From contig CAWJKZ010000014.1 in assembly GCA_963843575.1 (NCBI GenBank), positions 608,001-672,000 on the forward strand: DNA of 64,000 nucleotides, written 5' to 3'. Origin of the DNA: an uncultured Acidobacteriota bacterium. GTDB taxonomy: Bacteria > Acidobacteriota > UBA6911. The position numbers were made by a program, and so were the translations under genes. Positions 9,034 through 19,965 of the stretch are shown here, piece after piece; within the stretch, counting starts at the first letter, position 1, and each line of letters begins with the position of its first letter. Below the pieces are notes generated by a model. That model ran no database searches and was not told the origin of the DNA. It saw only the letters and a list, made by a program, of their open reading frames with translations.

Positions 9034-9894
9034 ATGGAACCTATCTCGCAGTACTACCACTCTCACCGATTGAAACTGCATTTTTGGGATTGGGGAGGGG
9101 ACGGCAAGCCGAACCTCGTGCTCGTGCACGGCAGCCGGGACCACGCGCGCTCATGGGACAGGATCGCCGCGGACTTCTGCCTCGACTTCCGGGTCGTGGC
9201 CCCCGATCTGCGCGGTCACGGCGACAGCGACTGGGCGCCGGGGGCGATGTACAGCATCCCCGAGTATGTCCTGGATGTCTCGGCCCTGATCGACATCGTG
9301 GGGAATTTCCCCATTTACCTCATAGGCCACTCCCTGGGCGGCGCCATCGTCCTGCAGTATGCGGGAATCTATCCAGACCGCGTCCGCAGGCTGGTTTCCA
9401 TTGAAGGGTACGGCCCTCCCCCCGAAAAACTCGTACCCCGACCCGCCCACGAACGCTCGCGGCGCTGGATTGAAAACATGCGGGTCTACGAGACCCGTGA
9501 GCCGCACCACTACCCGAACCTCGCGGCCGCGGTCCAGCGCATGCGGGAGGCCAACGCCTACCTGACCGAGGACCTAGCCCGGCACCTTACCCTGTTCGGC
9601 TCCAACTGGAACCCGGACGGTTCTCTCACCTGGAAGTTCGACAACTACGTGCGCGCGTTCTCGCCTTACGGATTCAACATGCAGGACGCCGAGGAAATAT
9701 GGCGCCAGATCACCTGTCCGACGCTCCTGTTCAAGGGGGAAGACAGCCGGGCGATGGACCCCGAAGCAGACGCACGCATCAGCGCGATCCCGCGCCACCG
9801 CCTCGTGAACGTTGCCAAAGCGGGCCACTGGGTCCACCACGATCAACCGCAGGTCTTCCTGCGCGAAACCCGCGGATTTTTTCGCCGCGAATGA
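9034..9894 (+). CDS. Alpha/beta fold hydrolase
   Basis: LVHG, PDLRGHGDS, GHSLGG nucleophile elbow, AGHWVHHD. Confidence 0.9.
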   Translation: MEPISQYYHSHRLKLHFWDWGGDGKPNLVLVHGSRDHARSWDRIAADFCLDFRVVAPDLRGHGDSDWAPGAMYSIPEYVLDVSALIDIVGNFPIYLIGHSLGGAIVLQYAGIYPDRVRRLVSIEGYGPPPEKLVPRPAHERSRRWIENMRVYETREPHHYPNLAAAVQRMREANAYLTEDLARHLTLFGSNWNPDGSLTWKFDNYVRAFSPYGFNMQDAEEIWRQITCPTLLFKGEDSRAMDPEADARISAIPRHRLVNVAKAGHWVHHDQPQVFLRETRGFFRRE

Positions 9895-10012
9895 CTGAAC
9901 ACTGATGTTGCAGCGCGCCCCTAAAAGGTGCTAGTTTCCGCGGATGTTTTCGATGATTAATACGGGCCGGCAGAGGAGGTCGCAGCCGGATCGACACTGA
10001 ACGGAGCTACGC

Positions 10013-11614
10013 ATGGCCAACGCACTGTTTGCCAAAAAACCCATGAGCCTGCTGCTGCACGAATCGCAGGAGTCCGGCGAACACACGCTGAAACGGACCC
10101 TGGGCCCCGTTTCGCTCACAGCACTCGGGGTCGGCGCGATCATCGGGGCGGGGATCTTCGTTCTCTCCGGGCTCGGGGCACACTATGCCGGGCCGGGGCT
10201 CATGATGTCGTTCGTCGTTTCGGGTCTCGGGTGCGCCTTCGCTGGCCTCTGCTACGCCGAGTTTGCGGCCATGATCCCGCTGGCGGGCAGCGCCTACACG
10301 TATGCTTACGCCACCTTGGGCGAGCTGTTCGCCTGGATCATCGGCTGGGATCTCACGCTCGAGTACGCCATGGGGGCGAGCACCGTCTCCTCCGGCTGGT
10401 CAAACCACTTCATCGAGTTCATGCGCATCTTCAAGATCGACATCCCGCTGTGGCTCGCCTATGACCACTGGACGGGATTGCGGGCGGCTCAGAACATGGT
10501 CGCGCGCGAAATGGCGAAGGCCGCCGATCCAAACCTCGTCGAAGGCACCAAGGAATTCATCGAGAAGGTGGCGGGAATCATCAGCGCCCGGTCGCCCGAA
10601 CTCGTGCAGCGGGCGCACGACATGGTGGGCGCCCCCCACCTGTTCGGATTCGAAGTCGGCTTCAACCTGCCCGCTTTCTGCATCGCTCTGCTGATCACGG
10701 CCGTCCTGGTCATCGGGATACGGGAGTCGGCCCGCTTCAACGCCACGATCGTCGTCATCAAGCTCGCGGTCGTCCTTTTCGTGATCGCGCTTGGGATGCG
10801 CTACGTCAACACGTCGAACTGGGGGAGCGACTGGTCGACCTTCGCCCCAATGGGCTTCTCGGGTATAGGAGCGGGCGCCGCGTATATCTTTTTTGCCTAT
10901 ATCGGTTTTGACGCCGTTTCAACCACCGCTCAGGAGGCAAAGAACCCGCAGCGCGATCTGCCCATCGGTATCATCACATCCCTGCTGGTCTGCACGGTGC
11001 TCTATATCCTGGTGGCGGCGGTGTTGACCGGCATGGTGCCCTGGAGAGAGGTTAATATCGAAGCCCCGATAGCGCGCGCCTTCATGGATCGCGGTTTGAC
11101 CGCCGCCTCTCACCTGATCACCGCGGGCGCACTGGCGGGCCTGACAAGCGTCATGCTGGTGATGTTGCTCGGCCAGACGCGTGTGCTCTATTCAATGGCC
11201 AACGACGGCCTGCTGCCGAAGAAATTCTTTGCCGCCATTCATCCGAGGTTCCGGACCCCATACAAGAACACGATCCTCGTAGGGCTGCTTGCCGCGGTTG
11301 TCGGGAGCTTGACCCCGATCGACGACATCGGCAAGATGGTGAACATAGGAACCCTTCTGGCATTTGTCATCGTATGCATCGCGGTCATGGTGCTGCGCCA
11401 CACAAACCCCGGCCAGGCCCGCCCTTTCCGGACCCCGCTCGTGCCGTGGGTGCCGGTACTGGGAATCGCCTTTAACGGCTATATGATGTACAAGCTGGGT
11501 TACGTCAACTGGCTCCGGCTGGTCGTCTGGCTGGCCATAGGACTCGTGATCTATTTCACTTACAGCCGCCACCACAGCAGGATAAGGGCGCTGCAGGCAG
11601 GCCGGAGGGATTGA
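10013..11614 (+). CDS. APC-superfamily amino acid permease (CAT/GkApcT-like)
   Basis: GVGAIIGAGIF, AGSAYTYAY, FFAYIGFDAVST, EAKNPQRDLPIGI. Confidence 0.93.
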   Translation: MANALFAKKPMSLLLHESQESGEHTLKRTLGPVSLTALGVGAIIGAGIFVLSGLGAHYAGPGLMMSFVVSGLGCAFAGLCYAEFAAMIPLAGSAYTYAYATLGELFAWIIGWDLTLEYAMGASTVSSGWSNHFIEFMRIFKIDIPLWLAYDHWTGLRAAQNMVAREMAKAADPNLVEGTKEFIEKVAGIISARSPELVQRAHDMVGAPHLFGFEVGFNLPAFCIALLITAVLVIGIRESARFNATIVVIKLAVVLFVIALGMRYVNTSNWGSDWSTFAPMGFSGIGAGAAYIFFAYIGFDAVSTTAQEAKNPQRDLPIGIITSLLVCTVLYILVAAVLTGMVPWREVNIEAPIARAFMDRGLTAASHLITAGALAGLTSVMLVMLLGQTRVLYSMANDGLLPKKFFAAIHPRFRTPYKNTILVGLLAAVVGSLTPIDDIGKMVNIGTLLAFVIVCIAVMVLRHTNPGQARPFRTPLVPWVPVLGIAFNGYMMYKLGYVNWLRLVVWLAIGLVIYFTYSRHHSRIRALQAGRRD

Positions 11615-11692
11615 CCGCTCGTGACAGGAGCGCGTTCGGGATGGCGCCGAGGGTAAGGGGGCCCGGACGAGGTTGGCTGATCATCAGGGGCA

Positions 11693-12085
11693 TTATGGGC
11701 GCGCGGGAGACCCCGCGACGGTGGGATAGCCGAGTTCGCGCCAGGTTCGGATTCCACCGCCCATGGATCTGACGTTCGTGTATCCCATCTTCTGCAGCAT
11801 GTCGGCCGCGAGCGCCGATCGGAACCCACCACCGCAGTAAAGAACGATGTCGGCCTGTTTTGCCGGGATCACTCTTTCGATATCGCGTTCGATGATGCCG
11901 CGTCCCAGGTGGATTGCCCCCGCAGCATGCCCGTCGCTCCACTCGGAATCCTCGCGGACATCGACAAAGGCGAAATCCTCGTTGTGCTGCTGTCGCGCCC
12001 GCACTTCCCCGGCGCTGATTTCCTTGATCCGGGACTTCGCGTCGTCGACCACTCTCAGAAACCCCTCGCTGTGGATCATGCGCAT
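11693..12085 (-). CDS. Single-domain rhodanese/sulfurtransferase
   Basis: DVREDSEW, GAIHLGRGIIERD, active loop YCGGGFRS. Confidence 0.9.
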   Translation of the reverse strand: MRMIHSEGFLRVVDDAKSRIKEISAGEVRARQQHNEDFAFVDVREDSEWSDGHAAGAIHLGRGIIERDIERVIPAKQADIVLYCGGGFRSALAADMLQKMGYTNVRSMGGGIRTWRELGYPTVAGSPARP

Positions 12086-12191
12086 GCCTCCCGGACTGGT
12101 TTATACAGCAGGAACCGTCGGTTGAAAAGAGTGGAAACGGCAGGGCGCCGCCCGGACGCACCGCGGCTCACTGTGTTGACGGGAGGCACGG

Positions 12192-12779
12192 CTACGCGCT
12201 CTTGCGCAATTCGACCAACACCTGACGCGCCACGGCCTTCAGGGTGTCAAGCACGCCGGTGCCTTTGGTGGCCACCGCTTCGAAAACGGGTTCGCCTTTG
12301 ACCTGAAGTTCCTTGACCAGCGACTCTGCGGGGAGAGCGGTCGGCAGATCCCTTTTGTTCAGCTGGAGCGCATACGGCATCTTCTTCAGGTCGAAACCGT
12401 ATTCCTTCAGATTCTGGGTGAGGTTCGACATCGACTCGAGATTGGCGTCGAGCCGCTCCTCCTGCGAATCGGCGACGAACACGATTCCATCCACCCCTCG
12501 GAGGATCAGCTTCCTGCTCGCGTCGTAGAACACCTGTCCCGGGACCGTATACAGGTGAAATCGGGTACGAAACCCCCGTATCTGTCCGAGATCGATCGGC
12601 AGGAAATCAAAAAACAGGGTGCGTTCGGTCTCGGTCGCCAGCGAGATCATCTTCCCCCTGTTCTCGGGATCGGTGATCTGAAAGACGTGCTGCAGGTTGG
12701 TCGTTTTCCCGCCCAGACCGGGTCCGTAGTACACGATTTTGCAGTTGATCTCCCGTGCTACATAGTTGATGAAAGTCAA
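12192..12779 (-). CDS. mglA: Small Ras-like GTPase MglA
   Basis: [24 protein letters not shown] (intrinsic Arg finger), TVPGQ, NKRD, EAVA. Confidence 0.96.
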   Translation of the reverse strand: MTFINYVAREINCKIVYYGPGLGGKTTNLQHVFQITDPENRGKMISLATETERTLFFDFLPIDLGQIRGFRTRFHLYTVPGQVFYDASRKLILRGVDGIVFVADSQEERLDANLESMSNLTQNLKEYGFDLKKMPYALQLNKRDLPTALPAESLVKELQVKGEPVFEAVATKGTGVLDTLKAVARQVLVELRKSA

Positions 12780-12781
12780 GG

Positions 12782-13315
12782 CTAGCCCTTTCGCTCAAGA
12801 GAGGATTTCGAGCCAAAGTGCCCGAAAAGATTGTCGATCTCCTCGTCGGTAAACTGGGGGGGTGCCGGACCGGTCGAGGTGGGACTGGATCCGGGATTGG
12901 CTTCATGCCTGCGCGACAGCGCCCTGAAGAGGTCATCGAGCGCCGCGGTCGCACGCTTGACTTTCCACCGTACCATCCCCAGGGAAACCGCATCGTCGAA
13001 CACAAGCACGAGCGAAAACCGCCGCGCGACGTCCGAGATGTGGATGTTGCGGTTTTTACCCTGGTGGTAAATTATTGAGAAATCGGCCTCTCCGACCACC
13101 TGCGCCAGCCCGTCGGTCGCTGCGATATTGGCGGCCGCAAGGGAGGACAGCGCCGTCAGATCGATGTCGTGTGCCGGTCCTTCCCAGGCGATCTGGTGTC
13201 CTCCTCGATCGATCAGAAGGACCATGTCCGCCCGGAGATCCCGCTGCGTTCTGACCAGTATGGCTCGCAAGCGGGAGTTCTCGGCTTCGTGCAGGACGAT
13301 ATTGCTCAGACTCAT
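12782..13315 (-). CDS. mglB: Roadblock/LC7 GAP MglB with C-terminal helix
   Basis: Immediately upstream of mglA; [33 protein letters not shown]; C-terminal [10 protein letters not shown] helix. Confidence 0.92.
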   Translation of the reverse strand: MSLSNIVLHEAENSRLRAILVRTQRDLRADMVLLIDRGGHQIAWEGPAHDIDLTALSSLAAANIAATDGLAQVVGEADFSIIYHQGKNRNIHISDVARRFSLVLVFDDAVSLGMVRWKVKRATAALDDLFRALSRRHEANPGSSPTSTGPAPPQFTDEEIDNLFGHFGSKSSLERKG

Positions 13316-13413
13316 CCACCTCGTCAGGAATGCGGCAATGTATGCCAGGGTCGGGCGGGAACTCGGGTGCCCGAATCACCCGGAAATCACATGTTGCGCA
13401 TCGGACGTTGCGC

Positions 13414-13443
13414 TTGACTTATCGACGGATTTTTCTTAATAAT
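13414..13443 (+). promoter_or_regulatory. Putative sigma70-type promoter of the TPR-glmU unit
   Basis: TTGACT followed 17-18 nt later by TAATAA/AATAAT in an AT-rich divergent intergenic region. Confidence 0.45.
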
Positions 13444-13515
13444 AACTGACAAATTTGCGTATGAGCTCCTTAAGCCGCGCAATTTGCTGAAAAAACATGA
13501 TTTAGGGGCGATCGA

Positions 13516-14319
13516 ATGGCACGGGCCGCGGCTCACAACAAGCCAACGGGCAGCAAGACGGAAAAACCGGCCACATCGAAGGCGAAGGCGGCACACGGAA
13601 GCAGCTCGGGATCGACGAAGTCGTCCGTCCTCAATGACTCGGCTGGCAAGACCGCGAAAAGGCCGATGAGGACCGAGAAGAAGCCCCACAAGGAAGGGAA
13701 ACGGCGCGCGGCCGAACAACAGGCTTCGGGCTCAGGCGAAACCCGGAAGCGGGCGGAATTTGGGCTTCCGACCCCGCCGCCCGACCGCCCGCCTCCTGTG
13801 CTGGGCGACTCGAGGAACACGACGGCCGCGCTGGCCTTGCTGGAAAAGGGAATCAAATTTATTTATCAGAAGGACTTCAAGAAAGCCCGCCACGAGCTGA
13901 AGTCCCTCTTGGACAGTTACCCCGAAGAACCGGAGATCCTCTCGCGCGCCCGGACCTACCTGCACATATGCGATCGTGAGGAGGCTGGGCACCGGAAGCC
14001 GACGGTCAGTTCGGATCAGCTGTACGCCCTCGGGGTACTCGATCACAATCGCGGGAACTACGACGGCGCGATTGCGCTGTTTCGCCAGTCGCTGGTTAAC
14101 CACCCGGACGCGGACTACGTGTTTTACTCCCTGGCCGCGTCCCTGGCCATGAAGGGTGAAACCGCCGAGGCCATCCAGAACCTCAAGCGCGCAATCGAGT
14201 TGAACGAAGACAACCGCGTCTATGCCAAGAACGACTCGGATTTCGCGGCATTGCACATCACCAGGGACTTCATGAGCTTGGTAGGCACCATCTCGTCCGC
14301 GTCGAACAGCGGGTACTGA
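13516..14319 (+). CDS. TPR protein with Lys/Ser/Ala-rich disordered N-terminus
   Basis: TPR helices (YALGVLDHNRGNYDGAIALF, AIQNLKRAIELN); NDSDF cap. Confidence 0.85.
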   Translation: MARAAAHNKPTGSKTEKPATSKAKAAHGSSSGSTKSSVLNDSAGKTAKRPMRTEKKPHKEGKRRAAEQQASGSGETRKRAEFGLPTPPPDRPPPVLGDSRNTTAALALLEKGIKFIYQKDFKKARHELKSLLDSYPEEPEILSRARTYLHICDREEAGHRKPTVSSDQLYALGVLDHNRGNYDGAIALFRQSLVNHPDADYVFYSLAASLAMKGETAEAIQNLKRAIELNEDNRVYAKNDSDFAALHITRDFMSLVGTISSASNSGY

Positions 14320-14382
14320 TTCGGGTGCCGTATAAGCCGCACCGGTGCTGCCCCGTACACAATCGTCCGCTCTCCAACAACT

Positions 14383-15780
14383 ATGGATAATCTGTCCGCA
14401 CTCATCCTGGCCGCCGGCAAAGGCACCAGGATGGTGAGCCGCCACGCCAAGGTGCTACACACTGTGTGTGGAGTGCCAATGATTGTAATGATTTACCGGG
14501 CCACGGCGCGCCTGAACCCCAACGAAATCATGGTCGTCATCGGCCAGGACGCCGAGCGCGTGCGCGGCTCCCTGGCAGGGTATCCCGCCACCTTCATCAT
14601 TCAGGAACAGCAGCTCGGGACCGGTCATGCCGTGATGGTCGCACGCGAGCGTCTGCAGGGCCGGAGCGGCGATCTCCTGGTCATGTTCGGCGACACGCCC
14701 CGGATCCGAACCGAGACTCTGGACAAGCTGGTTCGACACCATCAGGATTCTGGTGCGGCGGCGACGCTCCTGACCGTAAGAGTCCCGGAGCCCTTCGGCT
14801 ACGGCCGCATTCTCCGGGGAGACGGCGGCTGCATCGAAGCCATCGTTGAAGAGAAGGACGCCACCCCGGAGCAGCGACTGATACACGAGATCAATCCCGG
14901 TTTTTACTGCTTTCGGGTCCCTCCGCTGCTTGAGGCTCTCGAGAGGCTCTCCAACGACAACGCCCAGCGGGAATACTACGTCACCGACCTGATCGGGATA
15001 CAGCGGCGGGCAGGACTCCGCGTCGATGCCATCCTGCACGAAGACCACGAGGAACTCCGTGGCATCAACACGCGCGGCGAGCTGGCGCAGCTTTCGAACT
15101 TGCTGATGCGGCAGAAGAACGAGGAACTGATGACCGCGGGCGTCACCCTCGTCGACCCGGACTGCACCTACGTCGATCTGGACGTGATCGTGGAAAAGGA
15201 TGTGATCCTGCATCCGATGGTCGTCCTCGAGGGGAGAACCCGGATCGGCGCAGGCACGACCGTACGCACCAACTCCCGCATCTCCAATTCCGTGATCGGG
15301 GAGGAGGTGCAGGTGCTGGACTCCTGTGTGATCTCGGACTCGGAGGTGGCCCACGGGAGCACGGTCGGGCCGGCCGCGCACCTCCACGACGGCGCGCTCA
15401 TAGGGGAGCAATGCCGCATCGGCAACTACGTGGAGATCAAGAACAGCACCATCGGCAGCAGGACGACGGCGGCTCACTTGAGCTATATCGGCGATGCCAC
15501 CATCGGTGAGGACGTGAACTTCGGAGCGGGCGCGATAACCTGCAATTATGACGGCGTTCGGAAAAATGCTACCATTGTCGAAGATCACGTCTTCATCGGC
15601 ACAGATTCCCAACTGGTCGCACCCGTGCGGATAGGACGTGGCGCCTTTGTAGCCGCGGGCAGCTGTGTCACCGAGGACGTTCCCCCCGGTGCGCTCGGCA
15701 TAGCCCGGGCAAGGCAGGTTAACAAAGCGGACTGGGTGCGGCGGCGCAATGAACGATCCAAGCATGATAAACTGCCGTAA
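14383..15780 (+). CDS. glmU: Bifunctional UDP-GlcNAc pyrophosphorylase / GlcN-1-P acetyltransferase
   Basis: LAAGKGTRM, QLGTGHA, GYGRI, NAQREYYVTD, HLSYIGDA, CNYDG, hexapeptide repeats. Confidence 0.97.
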   Translation: MDNLSALILAAGKGTRMVSRHAKVLHTVCGVPMIVMIYRATARLNPNEIMVVIGQDAERVRGSLAGYPATFIIQEQQLGTGHAVMVARERLQGRSGDLLVMFGDTPRIRTETLDKLVRHHQDSGAAATLLTVRVPEPFGYGRILRGDGGCIEAIVEEKDATPEQRLIHEINPGFYCFRVPPLLEALERLSNDNAQREYYVTDLIGIQRRAGLRVDAILHEDHEELRGINTRGELAQLSNLLMRQKNEELMTAGVTLVDPDCTYVDLDVIVEKDVILHPMVVLEGRTRIGAGTTVRTNSRISNSVIGEEVQVLDSCVISDSEVAHGSTVGPAAHLHDGALIGEQCRIGNYVEIKNSTIGSRTTAAHLSYIGDATIGEDVNFGAGAITCNYDGVRKNATIVEDHVFIGTDSQLVAPVRIGRGAFVAAGSCVTEDVPPGALGIARARQVNKADWVRRRNERSKHDKLP

Positions 15781-16219
15781 CTGCATCAACTGGACCGACG
15801 AAAGTCTCGCCCGCATCGAAGCAGAACCCGATCCCGCCAAACACGTCTTCATGGGCTGCCGGCTGTTCGGCTACGTCGAAAACAACGCCTCGCTTGCCGA
15901 GTGCGCCCACTACGCTCAAAGCGAGAATCTATTCACGATCTGCGGAGCCTGCGGGATCACGGTGCCGAAGGCGTGTGTATCTCTCGGAGAGTGCGTCAAC
16001 TGTACCGACACGGACCTGTTCTGCATCGACCACTGCATCGGGGGCGAGAGCCGGAAATACTGCACCCACTTCGTGAGGCTCTATACGGAGGGCTTGCACC
16101 TCATCGCCGAAGGGCAGGCTTTTGAACTCTTCCCCACGATAGGGTTGCCCGGCCAGGAGAAGGACCAGCCTGTCGCACATCCGGACGACCGCGGTCAGAC
16201 TGACCAGGGCGAGCAGTAG
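15764..16219 (+). CDS. Cys-rich hypothetical protein (12 Cys)
   Basis: Overlaps the glmU stop; CxxC three times plus CxxHC and CxH; coding-like codon usage. Alternative start 15749. Confidence 0.7.
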   Translation: MINCRNCINWTDESLARIEAEPDPAKHVFMGCRLFGYVENNASLAECAHYAQSENLFTICGACGITVPKACVSLGECVNCTDTDLFCIDHCIGGESRKYCTHFVRLYTEGLHLIAEGQAFELFPTIGLPGQEKDQPVAHPDDRGQTDQGEQ

Positions 16220-16245
16220 GGATTGCCGCAGGCTTGCCCTGGGCT

Positions 16246-19152
16246 TCAGAACGAGTAGCGCAGCGCGACCTCGATCTCCCGGGCGCGGTGGGCCCCGAAA
16301 ATCTTGCCGAAGACGGAGGTGCCGTAAACCGCGTTCGGGGTTTCGAAGTTCACCTGGTTGAGGGCGTTGAACAACTCGACCCGCAACTCGACGAGATTCC
16401 CATCCGAGAAGCGGGTTTGCTTGATGACGCTGAGGTCCCAATTGACGTATGGGGGGCCCACCAGGATGTTGCGGCCCGAATTCCCATAGCTGTACGGGAG
16501 GGGCGCGGCAAAGTCTCCAGCGGAAAACCAGGCGTCGACACCCCGATCAGACGCAGCAAGGACGGCGGGGCCCAACCGGTCGGGACGGTCGTCCGACACG
16601 CCGTCGTTGTTGGGGTCTCCGCTGGATGTGACCGAGAAGCGGCTCCCCCCCTGGGCAGCGAGTGATCCCCGAGAGACGCCATCCGCTGGCGAGCTCACGC
16701 AACACCGGCCCGAGATTCCGCCCGTAAACGACCGGTCTTGCCGAACGGCAGGTCGATGATGTAGTTCAGGTAGAGCTGCCGCGCGGGCGGGTAGTCCGAC
16801 TGCGCACGCTCGGCCGCGAGGTTGCGCGGGTTCGACGGGTTCCCGTAGAAAGTGTCCCCGAGCGAAACCTGCCAGTCGAATCCTGACTTGAGGGACATGC
16901 CGTTCGAGAGCCTCCGCTCGAGCGCGAGATCGAGGCTCTGCCGGGTAAAGGCACCGCTTCCGGTAAGGATGTTGAAGCGGCCGAAATCCGGGTTCGGCCG
17001 TCTCGGCTGGACCGCCCCGGGACCGGGTAGCGGCACATTTGCGGCTATGGCTCGCGCCATGTGGACGCCCTTGCTCCCCTGGTACCACATTTCGAGTTTC
17101 CACTGCCGGAAGATCTCGTTCTGCAAACCCAGCTGCCAGTAGTGGATGTATGCCGTGCGCAGCGTGGGCTCGATCCCACGGACCGAGAGCTCGGCCGGCA
17201 CGGTGGTGGCGAAGGGATTGCCAAGGTCCAGTGAAGCCTGGTCAACGGGGGACAGTGCAGTCTGCACGTAGTAGAAAGGAAAGTTCCGCCCCAGGTAGGA
17301 AACGAAACTGTCGCGGCCGAGCGGGCTGTAGGCGAGGGAGTACGACGTGCGCAGCACGAGGCGGTTGCTGCCCGTAGGACGATAGGCGACTCCGAAGCTG
17401 GGGGCCAGGTCGTTACGATCCGGCAGAACAAGTCCCCCCTTCCCCGCCCCGCCTAGACCAAGGTGTTTCGCGTTTTCGCTTCCGGCGATCACGATCTCGC
17501 CGTCCTGGGGCGGATCGAACAGGAGCGGGATGAATCCCGAGACGTTGTTGCGCAGCGAACGAAATGGGGGGAAATAGCTGTACGTCAGTCCATACGAGAG
17601 GGACAGCCTCGGGCCGACTTTCCACTCGTCGCGCGCATACGCAGACCAGGTTCTGCGTCGCAGGTCGGACCGGTCCGAACCTATCCCGCGGCTCGCCGTG
17701 TCTGGAAGGCCGAGCAGGAAATCGGCGAAAGCGTCTCCGGTGTAATAGCCGTTGAACGAAAACCGCCCCCGGCGCAAGCCATCGGAACGGTTGTTGTTGG
17801 CCTGGATGGCGCTGACACCCAACCCGACCCGGATGGAATGGTTCGAGGGGGTGTAGGAGATTGCGCCCTCGTACTCAAACCTGTTGAGCGTCGCGGTCGA
17901 CCGGCAACCCGGAATCCCCGAATGACGAGTAGCCGGACAAGCGGAAATCGGGAAAGCCCTCCTCGTCGGGATCCTCCACCGACAGGCCCGGGATCCCCAC
18001 CGATGCAAGGAGCCCGGTCCGCCCCGCGTTCACGGAGGAGAGAAAGGTCGTGCTGCGCGCAAACCCGATCCGTCCGGTCGCAATCAGGCGGTTGGTGATC
18101 TTCTGCGTGTGCGACAAGCTCGCGTCCTGGTCGCTCGATTCGCGGCTGGAGCCGAAGGACGGTAGCGGGTGCACGAAGACGTCGTTGCCCCGTGTGAGCC
18201 AGTAGCGGACGACGTAGTTCGATCCGCCCGACAGCTGGTGATCCAACCTGACCGACCACGTGTTCCGGTTGCGCACGACCGGCTTGCTGTTGACGTAATT
18301 GCGGTCCGGATCCTCGCGGTTTGGATCCGGAAGCAGCGAGAGCAGCCCGCGGGAGACCGGGTGGATTCTCGATTCGGGGATACGATTCGCATCGAATGGA
18401 GTCGCCGTGACCGGATCGATCAGCGGTTGGGACAGACCGCCGAAGTCCCCCCGTTTCATCGCGGAGGTCGGAATGTGAGACAGCAGGGTGGATCCCTGGA
18501 CGATTCGCAGGCCCTCGAAAGTCCCGAGCACGTTGACGCTCTTCGTCACCGCGGCCGCCAGGGTAGCCCCAAACTGGTTCCGTTTGTATTCGGGCAGAGG
18601 CTCTCCGAGGGGGTCGAAGAAATTACGCGCATCGAAATTGTCGTTGCGGTGGAAGTGGTAGAGGGATCCGTGTAACCTTCCCCCTTTCTGAGCGGGAAAG
18701 GGGTTCACGATCTCCGCCGACGCCCTGACTTGCCGCGCGTCGGTCTCGCCGCCATCCCGCTCGACCTCGTAGTCACGGATTCCGGCCAGCGAGGGGTCGT
18801 TCTCCGGATCGCCCGGGGGCTCCATGCTGATGCGGGTCTCGAGGGCAACGAGACGGTTGTTCTCCGCCTGTAGCACCAGTTCCCTTTCCTCGGTCGCCTC
18901 CACCCTGATGAGGATCTCGTCGGAACCCGTGGCCAGGGAAATGGCGTAGACTCCGGCGGCGACTTCCTGCAGGAACGAGCCTTGCTCGTCGGTGCGCGGC
19001 GCGTAGCCGGCACCCGGGACGTTCCCGACGACCGAGAGAACGAGCGAGACTATGGGATTTCCCTGCCCGTCGACGACCTTTCCCTTCAGGACGGCCGCAT
19101 GCGCCTGGCCGACCAGGCACCACAATAGCGGGATCAGGAAGGTCCTTTTCAT
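16246..19152 (-). CDS. Oar-like TonB-dependent receptor-type outer membrane protein (frameshifted at least 3 times)
   Basis: Signal peptide MKRTFLIPLLW; carboxypeptidase-regulatory-like N-terminus; RNDNFDARNFFD, RNQFGA, DRNDLAPSFGVAY; C-terminal FGKIFGAHRAREIEVALRYSF. Frame breaks near 17885, 16700 and 16650. Confidence 0.85.
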
Positions 19153-19893
19153 ATGACGGGAACCCCGTTCACCATCATGTCCGAAACCGCGAAACTGGCC
19201 CGAAGGTCGGGGTCGAAGTTCGCGATGTCCAGCTCGAACGGAGACGGCGGCGTCTTCACCGGAAATCACCGGGACGCCCCCGACCGAGCGCGGAAAGACG
19301 AACTTCGCACCGACTTCGTCCTCGTGAGGCGGGAAGTATGCGGCCAGCTTCAACTGCGGGAACCGCACGGTGGAAAGGTACGCCCGCAGCCTCATCGATT
19401 CCGTCGTCTGCACTTCAAGGAATTGACGGACGCGCAACTCCACACTGGGATCGTTGGAGCGGAATCCGACGGTCAATACGATCCACCGGGAAACATCGAG
19501 CGTCAACCCAGGTTCGAGCGCCCTGTCCAGTCTCAGTTTCTCTTCCGGGGGGAGTTTGTCGTAGTTCGCCTGGATCTGGCGTACGCGGGCATAGGCCTCC
19601 CGAATGGGACGTGCGGACAGGAAACGCACGAAGAAAGTGCTGTAGATTTCCTTTTCTCCGGAGAGCCCACTGCCGATGCCGCCGAGAATGCGCGTGTAGG
19701 TCTCCTGCCTCGCCCACGGGGACCGAGTGAGCAGCGCGACAGCCTCTTGCAGGCTCAATCGCCCGAAGTCCTCCGATTTCGGCCCCTGCGCGAAAAGCAT
19801 AGATGCGCCGGCCAGCAGTATGGTCAGCAACCGGACCTTGGCATCAGGGCGAGAAAAAGCTCGAGCAGTCGTTTTACGCGAACGGAGTGTCAT
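19149..19893 (-). CDS. Exported hypothetical protein (one frameshift near 19240)
   Basis: Signal-like segment, LLTRSPWA, GAKFVFPR. Removing one base near 19240 gives ...FELDIANFDPDLRASFAVSDMMVNGVPVI* with an ATGA overlap onto the receptor start. Confidence 0.7.
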
Positions 19894-19965
19894 GCATACG
19901 TGGAGCCCGCAGGGCTGTGGCAGCGGACCATTGGCATATTAACCCAAACCGCGCACACAGTTCAA

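Noticed and set aside
13517-13531. TGGCAC sigma54 -24-like boxes at the TPR gene start, near 192 and inside fliA
   Set aside because: No TTGC at the required -12 spacing.
17875-19893. 672-aa ORF that looks like a novel exported-protein/TonB-receptor fusion
   Set aside because: One extra base near 19240 removes the upstream stop; repair yields two ATGA-coupled genes, the second with its own signal peptide.
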